From an uncultured Bacteroidales bacterium (GTDB lineage Bacteria; Bacteroidota; Bacteroidia; Bacteroidales; CAYFUP01), in the NCBI GenBank assembly GCA_964552835.1, contig CAZKIR010000001.1, forward strand, positions 1-25,505: a stretch of DNA of 25,505 nucleotides. The letters are read 5' to 3'. Every line of letters starts with the position of its first letter. Position 1 is the stretch's first letter. Position numbers and translations under genes: made by a program. The notes under the pieces were generated by a model. The model was not told the DNA's origin, made no database searches, and saw nothing but the letters and a program-made list of their open reading frames with translations. Positions 7,254 through 14,108 of this stretch are shown here, one piece after another.

Positions 7254-8375
7254 GTGAAAATTGGATTCGACGCCAAGTATGCTTTCAACCAATTTGATGC
7301 ACACGGCAAGTATAGCCGGAATGTAATCGAGATGATGTTGCAATATCACCCGGGCAACGAGTATTACTTGTTTACCCCCAAAAGGGCTATCAAAAGCCAC
7401 CTTATCCACGAGGCACAGGCCAACATCATCAAGCCTCAAGGCCTGCCCCACAAATTGGTAAAAGAATACTGGCACAAAACCAGCATCGTGAAAAGCCTCG
7501 AGAAAGATGGCATCCAGGTGTATCACGGGCTGGTAAATTACCTGCCCGGGGGCTTAGCCGACATTGGCATCAAAGGGGTCGTGACCATTCACTGGCCCGA
7601 TTTTATTGGTGAACCGGAAAACGTGATCCCTGAAAAAATGGCCCTGCAAGCCGAACAAATCCAAAAGATTTGCAATCGCGCCGATAAAATCGTGGTATTA
7701 AATGAACAAACAAAGGCCGATTTAGTCCAAAACCATTTCCAGGACGAAAACAAGATCGCGTTGGTGCACGAGGGCTGCGATCCTTTCTTTAACCAAGTTA
7801 TAGAAGAAGAATTTAAAAATAAAATACGGGAAAAATACAAGCTGCCGGATCGCTTTATTCTTTTTTCAGGTGCCATCGAAGCCCGAAACAATTTGCTTAA
7901 CATTATCAAGGCATTGCACGAGTACAAGATCGATATCCCCCTGACGATAATCGTGGACAAGCCCACGGGGCACCTTCAGCAAATCGTGAAATATATTTCA
8001 AATCACCTGATAGAGAATATACATTTTATACAAAAAATAGCGCTCGAAGAAGCACCCGCCCTCTACCAGATGGCGGAAATATTTATTTACCCCTCATCTT
8101 ATCAAGGGTATAATACCCTGGTTTGGGAAGCCCTGCAATCGCACACCCCGGTGATAACTTCTGAAACCAGCTATTTTAAAGAAATTGATAAAACAGGCGC
8201 TATTTTTATTAATCCTGAAAACATCGAAAAACTCGCCGCGTCTATAAACAAATTACTAAAAAACAGCAAGCTTAGACAAAAAATGATCAAAAAAGGGGAT
8301 TTACAGGTAAAAAAACATGATCAGCAACAACTCGCGAACCAGTTAATGGCACTTTACCAGGAATTAACCTCATGA
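7254..8375 (+). CDS. GT4-family (GT-B fold) glycosyltransferase with a degenerate active site
   Basis: GTG start, MKIGFDAK, YHG..N.LP, VVTIH, ADKIV, RFILFSG.IE.RNN, YPSSYQGYNTLVWEA...TPVITS. Fold motifs are recognisable but key residues are altered (see findings). Confidence 0.85.
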   Translation: MKIGFDAKYAFNQFDAHGKYSRNVIEMMLQYHPGNEYYLFTPKRAIKSHLIHEAQANIIKPQGLPHKLVKEYWHKTSIVKSLEKDGIQVYHGLVNYLPGGLADIGIKGVVTIHWPDFIGEPENVIPEKMALQAEQIQKICNRADKIVVLNEQTKADLVQNHFQDENKIALVHEGCDPFFNQVIEEEFKNKIREKYKLPDRFILFSGAIEARNNLLNIIKALHEYKIDIPLTIIVDKPTGHLQQIVKYISNHLIENIHFIQKIALEEAPALYQMAEIFIYPSSYQGYNTLVWEALQSHTPVITSETSYFKEIDKTGAIFINPENIEKLAASINKLLKNSKLRQKMIKKGDLQVKKHDQQQLANQLMALYQELTS

Positions 8376-8944
8376 ACAACATTACAGAAGACATACAAAA
8401 TGCAATCGGGGCATTAAAAAATGGAGGGATAATTTTATACCCAACCGATACAATCTGGGGTTTAGGCTGTGATGCAACAAACCCGGACGCGGTAGATAAA
8501 ATCTATCAAATAAAAAAAAGGGACCGTGCGAAAAGCATGATTATCCTGTTTGACACGGACGCCCGGTTGCCAGGATATATTGACGAAATCCCGGAAGTAA
8601 CGTGGGAATTACTGGAAACGGCCGACAAGCCCTTGACCCTCGTGTTGCCGGGGGCAAAAAATTTGGCCGAAAACCTACCTGCCCAGGATGGAAGCATCGC
8701 GATAAGGATTAGCCGTGAAATTTTTTCTAAAAAACTCGTTGAAAGGTTTAAAAAACCAATCGTTTCTACTTCTGCGAATTTCTCGGGACAGCCGGCCCCG
8801 CAACAATTTAAAGATATTGATCCCGGTCTCATAAAAAATGTTGATTACACGGTAAAATATCGCCAAGAAGAACAAACAAACAAAAATGCTTCATCAATCA
8901 TTAAACTAGGAACCGGTGGCGAAATTCAAATTATCCGAAAATAA
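8372..8944 (+). CDS. tsaC: L-threonylcarbamoyladenylate synthase (Sua5/YrdC/TsaC)
   Basis: GGIILYPTDTIWGLGCDA, IYQIKKR, PLTLVL, PIVSTSANFSG, SSII. Its start overlaps the GT stop (ATGA). Confidence 0.95.
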   Translation: MNNITEDIQNAIGALKNGGIILYPTDTIWGLGCDATNPDAVDKIYQIKKRDRAKSMIILFDTDARLPGYIDEIPEVTWELLETADKPLTLVLPGAKNLAENLPAQDGSIAIRISREIFSKKLVERFKKPIVSTSANFSGQPAPQQFKDIDPGLIKNVDYTVKYRQEEQTNKNASSIIKLGTGGEIQIIRK

Positions 8945-8957
8945 TCCTATTTTTTTA

Positions 8958-8965
8958 TATTTTTG
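8958..8965 (+). promoter_or_regulatory. -7 element TATTTTTG for carA
   Basis: Exact TAnnTTTG, 26 nt before the carA ATG. Confidence 0.5.
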
Positions 8966-8991
8966 TAGCGTTTTATCAAAAAAATAAATTC

Positions 8992-10080
8992 ATGAAGAAC
9001 GGGATGAACATTAAATTGGTTTTAGAGGACGGCTTAGAGCTAAAAGGAAAATCTTTCGGGTACGAGAAAAGCATAGCCGGGGAAGTAGTTTTTAACACGG
9101 CTATGACCGGTTATCCGGAAAGCCTGACCGATCCATCCTACAAGGGGCAAATCTTGGCATTAACCTATCCATTGGTAGGGAATTACGGGGTGCCTTCAGA
9201 TGAAAAAGAACATGGTATATCCAAGCATTTCGAATCAGACCGTATCCATATCTCGGGGTTGATTATCTCGGATTATTCCTTTAAATACAACCATTGGAAT
9301 GCTGCCGAGAGCCTATCAGATTGGCTAATTTCAGAACAGGTCCCGGGTATTTACGGGATTGACACGAGGGCTTTGACCAAACACCTGCGGGAAAAAGGGG
9401 CCATGCTTGGGAAGATTATCGTGGACGATCAGAATGTTGACACCTATGACCCGAACCAGGAAAATCTCGTGGAACAAGTGTCAATAAAAGAAAAAGAGGT
9501 ATACGGTAACGGAAAATACAAGATAATGCTTATCGACTGTGGTGTGAAATTTAACATCATCAGGAACCTCTTACAGCGGGACACCACGGTTATCCGTGTA
9601 CCCTACGATCATGACATCGCGAGGGAAGATTTTGATGGTTTGTTTATTTCAAACGGACCAGGTGATCCAAAAAAATGCAGGGCAACCATCAACAACCTTA
9701 GCGAACAATACAAAAAAGACAAGCCTATTTTTGGCATATGCCTGGGCAACCAGCTCATGGGGCTGGCCGCGGGCGGTGATACCTACAAGTTAAAATTTGG
9801 CCATCGCAGCCATAACCAGCCCGTGATACAAGTGGGTACGAGCAAATCTTATATCACGAGCCAAAACCATGGATACGCGCTAGACAATAAATCATTGAAA
9901 GGCGAATGGGAACCCCTTTTCGTGAACATTAACGATGAAACCAACGAAGGTATGAAAAACAAAAAAAAGCCGTTTTTCTCCACGCAATTTCACCCGGAAG
10001 CATCCAGTGGGCCAACTGACACGGGGTACTTGTTCGATACCTTTATAGACATGATTAAAGAATACAAGGGGGAAAAATGA
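8992..10080 (+). CDS. carA: Carbamoyl-phosphate synthase small (glutaminase) subunit
   Basis: GEVVFNTAMTGYPESLTDPSYKGQIL, GIDTRALTK, SNGPGDP, catalytic GICLGNQ, SQNHGY, QFHPEASSGP. Confidence 0.97.
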   Translation: MKNGMNIKLVLEDGLELKGKSFGYEKSIAGEVVFNTAMTGYPESLTDPSYKGQILALTYPLVGNYGVPSDEKEHGISKHFESDRIHISGLIISDYSFKYNHWNAAESLSDWLISEQVPGIYGIDTRALTKHLREKGAMLGKIIVDDQNVDTYDPNQENLVEQVSIKEKEVYGNGKYKIMLIDCGVKFNIIRNLLQRDTTVIRVPYDHDIAREDFDGLFISNGPGDPKKCRATINNLSEQYKKDKPIFGICLGNQLMGLAAGGDTYKLKFGHRSHNQPVIQVGTSKSYITSQNHGYALDNKSLKGEWEPLFVNINDETNEGMKNKKKPFFSTQFHPEASSGPTDTGYLFDTFIDMIKEYKGEK

Positions 10081-10095
10081 TTTTCCCCTTTTTTT
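10066..10095. terminator. Bidirectional intrinsic terminator between convergent carA and murF
   Basis: AAGGGGGAAAA-ATGA-TTTTCCCCTT hairpin with the carA stop codon in the loop, followed by a T run on the + strand. Confidence 0.7.
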
Positions 10096-11395
10096 ATAAT
10101 ACCTCGACTAAACTTTCTAATTGAATGCCCCGGGAACCTTTAATTAGAATATTATATCCTTTAACAGGGTTATCTTTTAAATAACTTTTTAGTTGGCCAG
10201 TCCCCTCCACGAAAGTGTAAGGATAGGCCTTTTCTATTTTCTTAAATTCTTTTCCAACAAGGTAAGCTGTTTTTACCTTATTCGCGATTAATAAATCAAG
10301 CACTTTCCCGTGTTCTTCACGGGCATATTCTCCAAGTTCAAGCATGTCGCCCAAGATAACGGCCTTGGGTTCTTTATGAAGGGATAAAAAATAAGCCAGG
10401 GCCGAGGCCATGCTGGTAGGGTTCGCGTTATAGGCATCCAGGACAATCCGGTTTTTGCCTGTCTCCAGGATTTGAGAACGATTATTAGCAGGCACGTAAC
10501 CTTCTATGGCTTCTTTTATTTTTTCAAAAGGAATATCAAAATACAACCCGATGCAAACCGCGGCCAGGCAATTATCAAAATTATAATCACCATACAGCTT
10601 CGTGCTAATCAGGTTTTTACCCGTTGCCCCTACCCTAAATACTACCACCCCCTGCCTGTTGTCATAGGGCATTCCCATGCAATCAAATATTTTCTCTTTT
10701 CCATATGTGTAATAATTTTTTACACCATGTTTCTCAATTTGGGCCATCAGCAATGAATCGTTGCCATGGACAAAAGCCATCCCTTTATTCTGGGCTATAA
10801 AATGATACAATTCCGATTTTGCCTTCACTACCCCTTTAAAAGAACCAAAACCTTCTAAATGTGCCTGGCCAATGTTGGTAATCAAGCCGTAATTGGGCCG
10901 GGCTATTTGGCACAAGGCCGCGATTTCCCCCTGGTGGTTGGCGCCCATTTCCACGACACCGATTTCTGTTTTTTTGGTAAATTGCAAAAGGGTTAAGGGT
11001 ACACCAATATGGTTATTAAAATTGCCCCTGGTAAAGCCCGTGGCATACTTTCTGGACAGGACAGCCGCAACCAGTTCTTTGGTAGTGGTTTTCCCGTTAG
11101 AACCCGTTATCGCGAGAATAGGTATTTCGAGCGCTTCCCGGTGATATTGGGCCATTGCTTGCAAGGCCTCGAGGGTATCGTCCACGAGTATAAATTTTTC
11201 TTTTCCACGGTAAACTGGATCATCTACTACTGCATACGCGCAACCGGATTGCAAAGCATCAGGTGCAAACTGGTTACCATCAAATGTTTCTCCCCGTAAC
11301 GCGAAAAATATTGACCCGGGCTTGGCCTCGCGGCTATCTATAACAATTTCAGGGAATTCCAAAAAACAGGAATAAAGAGCAGCAATGTCTTCCAT
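10094..11395 (-). CDS. murF: UDP-N-acetylmuramoyl-tripeptide--D-alanyl-D-alanine ligase
   Basis: IDSR, FFALRGETFDG, P-loop ITGSNGKTTTKE, NFNNHIGVPLTL, VEMGANHQGEI, DAYNANPTSM, LGDMLELG, KGSRG. Confidence 0.97.
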   Translation of the reverse strand: MEDIAALYSCFLEFPEIVIDSREAKPGSIFFALRGETFDGNQFAPDALQSGCAYAVVDDPVYRGKEKFILVDDTLEALQAMAQYHREALEIPILAITGSNGKTTTKELVAAVLSRKYATGFTRGNFNNHIGVPLTLLQFTKKTEIGVVEMGANHQGEIAALCQIARPNYGLITNIGQAHLEGFGSFKGVVKAKSELYHFIAQNKGMAFVHGNDSLLMAQIEKHGVKNYYTYGKEKIFDCMGMPYDNRQGVVVFRVGATGKNLISTKLYGDYNFDNCLAAVCIGLYFDIPFEKIKEAIEGYVPANNRSQILETGKNRIVLDAYNANPTSMASALAYFLSLHKEPKAVILGDMLELGEYAREEHGKVLDLLIANKVKTAYLVGKEFKKIEKAYPYTFVEGTGQLKSYLKDNPVKGYNILIKGSRGIQLESLVEVL

Positions 11396-11406
11396 GCCAA
11401 TTATTT

Positions 11407-11444
11407 AAAAAAAAACCTCATGGCCACGGGGCATGAGGTTTTTT
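11407..11444 (-). terminator. Intrinsic terminator downstream of gldJ
   Basis: The minus strand reads AAAAAACCTCATG-CCCCGTGGC-CATGAGG-TTTTTTTTT: a 13-bp inverted repeat with a U9 tract, 19 nt after the gldJ stop. Confidence 0.8.
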
Positions 11445-11463
11445 GATTAAAAATATTTTTGTA

Positions 11464-12939
11464 TTAGTTTCCTTGAGGACTGCCCACGCGATTCATCGCA
11501 CAACGGAAACCGATATCATTGGTAGACTCGCGTTCATCCAGGAACCTGCGGTTCCCGGGGCTCAACCAGTATGCGCCATCTTTCCAAGACCCCCCTTTGT
11601 ACACCCGGGAGCGGTCACTAATCAATGAAATAACAGCCTCATTAGAAGGATCCCGTCCGTACATTCTTTCAGAACCGGGCCCTTTTGGCGCATTTTCATT
11701 CACGTATTCTATGCTGGATTGCCAGTCTCCATCTTTGTAATTCTTGTAATCGGCTTTTTGATAATTTCTTTTACCAGTTGCCTCTTCTTCGGTAATAGGA
11801 CGATATTTTACACGGCCAAGGCTGTCAATTTGCGGGTTTCCATTTGCATCCCGGTCAAGTGTTTTAAACACGTTCCCACGAAATGGCCTAAATTCTTCAA
11901 AATCTTCAAAAGACTGCGCGCGATACACGTCCAATACCCATTCATTCACGTTACCAGCCATGCAATAAAGACCATAATCATTAGGCCAATAAGATGTTAC
12001 AGGAGCTGGGATTGCTGCCTTGTCATTAAGGGAACCGGCAACGCCCATGTAATCACCTTTGCCACGGCGGAAATTTGCCATCATCTTACCCATGTTAGAC
12101 CCTTCGCTATTCCTCACGTTATGGCCATCCCAAGGATACATCCTTCGTTCATAAATTCTTTCATCATACGTATTCCCCCGTAATGCTAATGCGGCGTATT
12201 CCCATTCTGCCTCGGTTGGCAAACGGTATTTTGGTAGTAAAATCCCATCTTCCATCCTTATCCTGCGGGGTTCTCCATCAGGGCCCGCTGGCAAATTATC
12301 ACTTACCAGGCCTTCATATTGTCCTGCAAGATATGCTTCCGTGCTAAAACTTTGTTCGTTCACCTGGTTAAGATCCCATTCCAGGGCGCCCGCTTCAACA
12401 AGGAGCCGTTCGTTTACCCTGTCGGTACGCCATAGGGCATAATCATTTGCCTGAAGCCAGTTTACCCCTACCACTGGATATTCATTATAAGCTGGATGGC
12501 GGAAATAGGTTTCAGCATAGGGTTCATTAAATCCCAGTGGTGAACGCCAAACCATGGTATCAGGCAGGGCATTTTCATGAACTTCCGGGTAATCAACATA
12601 TACCCTGCTTAGCCAAAACAGGTATTCCCGGTAATCAATATTTCTTATTTCGGTCTCGTCCATGTAAAAAGAAGCAATCGTCACCCTGCGGGGAGGATTG
12701 TTCCAATCTCCCATGACATCTTGTTTTGTACGCCCCATAACATATGTCCCACCCTCGATGAACACGAGGCCGGGGCCGGTTTCTTGTTGGTAGTTCGGGA
12801 TATATTCAAACCCTCCTTGTTCGACATTATTATAATCCCAGCCGGTTGTTGTTGAAGCAGTTTTTGATCCCCCACCACAAGAAGAAAGAATAAACAATAC
12901 TGCCAGGAATGAGATGAAAACATTGAATTTTAGGTTCAT
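11464..12939 (-). CDS. gldJ: Gliding motility lipoprotein GldJ (FGE-sulfatase/SUMF1 fold)
   Basis: Lipoprotein signal MNLKFNVFISFLAVLFILSS|C; GPGLVFIEGGTYVMG, SFYMDETE, EYPVVGVNWLQA..WRTDRVNE, YRLPTEAEWEYAA, GNVNEW, RVYKGGSW, IGFRCAM. It lies upstream of murF and divergent from porU, the gldJ context in other Bacteroidota. I prefer ATG 12939 (or 12957) over the ORF-track 12999 because a -7 element lies at 12969-12976. Confidence 0.88.
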   Translation of the reverse strand: MNLKFNVFISFLAVLFILSSCGGGSKTASTTTGWDYNNVEQGGFEYIPNYQQETGPGLVFIEGGTYVMGRTKQDVMGDWNNPPRRVTIASFYMDETEIRNIDYREYLFWLSRVYVDYPEVHENALPDTMVWRSPLGFNEPYAETYFRHPAYNEYPVVGVNWLQANDYALWRTDRVNERLLVEAGALEWDLNQVNEQSFSTEAYLAGQYEGLVSDNLPAGPDGEPRRIRMEDGILLPKYRLPTEAEWEYAALALRGNTYDERIYERRMYPWDGHNVRNSEGSNMGKMMANFRRGKGDYMGVAGSLNDKAAIPAPVTSYWPNDYGLYCMAGNVNEWVLDVYRAQSFEDFEEFRPFRGNVFKTLDRDANGNPQIDSLGRVKYRPITEEEATGKRNYQKADYKNYKDGDWQSSIEYVNENAPKGPGSERMYGRDPSNEAVISLISDRSRVYKGGSWKDGAYWLSPGNRRFLDERESTNDIGFRCAMNRVGSPQGN

Positions 12940-12968
12940 AACGAATATTTTTTCCATGAAATTAACAC

Positions 12969-12976
12969 CAAATATA
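12969..12976 (-). promoter_or_regulatory. -7 element TATATTTG for gldJ
   Basis: Exact TAnnTTTG on the minus strand, 29 nt before ATG 12939. Confidence 0.55.
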
Positions 12977-13058
12977 TAATTTTTTTTAAATTGAAACAAC
13001 TGTGTAATCTAAAAAACTTAAATAATCCATTTTTATTGTAAGTTCTGTTGTCTTTATA

Positions 13059-13985
13059 CTAGAAATTGATCAAAAAGGTTACTTCGTGAGAATTAATTGT
13101 GGGCAAGTTATATAAAATCTTCCTGAATTTAAAATCATAACTATAAAAAAGTTCATAACCAGGCTGTATGAAACCTAACAAAAGTGTCCCGGTATCAAAT
13201 TCTAAAGGAAGGTTTTGCCGAAAAAAAACCCCCGCGGCAAAACCTTGTATTTGGCCCATCATGCCATAACAAATCAAATGGGAATACTGGTACTGGTATA
13301 AAAGGTGAGGCGATAAAATAAATATTTCACGTATAAGTCCCCGCCTTTTTATCTCAAAATCTGCCCCCGCGTAAAAAGTAAATTTCCTTTTCACCCTGGC
13401 TGTCCCTTGGCTATTAAAAGATTCATCCGGTTGGTTTAAATGATGTACCGAAATACCAAAATACTTGTTATCATGAAAACCGGTAATGCCAGCGGAAAAA
13501 TCCATGAAATAAATTGCCTCGCCAGCGGATGTACCCCCGTTGGATATAATTTCACCGGTGTAATCGTTCATCATACTAGGTAATACCATATTATTATAAC
13601 TTACCTTTCGCTGCACCACCGATGCTGCTATCCCTCCCGTGAAATAAACAATAGGGTTAAGCTGTAACCGGTATGCATACATGTTATCTATACGTTGCCG
13701 GGACAAAAGCCCATTTCCTTCCCTATCAGATTGAACATGAATGCCAAATCCCCCCCGTATCTTATCAAAATATTTATCATAACTTGCATTCAGGGTAGAA
13801 TACAACACATCAGCACCAACTGTTTGTACCTGGTAATTAAGAAAATACTTGTTTTCTTTCGTGGTCCCGGCAAAACCGGGATTAATATATAATTTATCCA
13901 TGAAAAATTGAGAAGGCAATGGGTCCTGCCCACGGGATGTCCCCATGAAAAGGATTAATAGTATGGCTGCAACAATTATTCGCAT
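13059..13985 (-). CDS. Type IX secretion system PorP/SprF-family outer-membrane beta-barrel
   Basis: Signal peptide then QDPLPSQFFMDKLYINPGFAG (family QDP.FSQ...NP..AG), SVHHLNQP, YSYD, SHE motif and a terminal Phe. Confidence 0.9.
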   Translation of the reverse strand: MRIIVAAILLILFMGTSRGQDPLPSQFFMDKLYINPGFAGTTKENKYFLNYQVQTVGADVLYSTLNASYDKYFDKIRGGFGIHVQSDREGNGLLSRQRIDNMYAYRLQLNPIVYFTGGIAASVVQRKVSYNNMVLPSMMNDYTGEIISNGGTSAGEAIYFMDFSAGITGFHDNKYFGISVHHLNQPDESFNSQGTARVKRKFTFYAGADFEIKRRGLIREIFILSPHLLYQYQYSHLICYGMMGQIQGFAAGVFFRQNLPLEFDTGTLLLGFIQPGYELFYSYDFKFRKILYNLPTINSHEVTFLINF

Positions 13986-14004
13986 ACAAGTTATAAGCTT
14001 GGGC

Positions 14005-14012
14005 CAAAATTA
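14005..14012 (-). promoter_or_regulatory. -7 element TAATTTTG for the porP/sprF gene
   Basis: Exact TAnnTTTG on the minus strand, 19 nt before ATG 13985. Confidence 0.55.
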
Positions 14013-14108
14013 ACAATATTTCATTGACCAGGGCGTTTATTAAAAAGCTTTGTACTTTTTATCGAAAGTTTTCGTTCATTTGTGGTTGAACTTTTTAATA
14101 AAACTTAC

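Noticed and set aside
12940-12999. N-terminal extension of GldJ from the ORF-track start at 12999
   Set aside because: It contains the -7 promoter element and a poly-T run, and the lipoprotein signal is complete from ATG 12939.
3241-13228. A8/T8 homopolymers in mutL, carA and porP as phase-variation tracts
   Set aside because: Short, all frames are intact, and such runs are common in Lys/Phe codons.
14075-14082. TTCATTTG as the porU -7 element, with TTTG at 14049-14052
   Set aside because: Mismatch at the conserved A and spacing at the edge of the usual range; plausible but not supportable.
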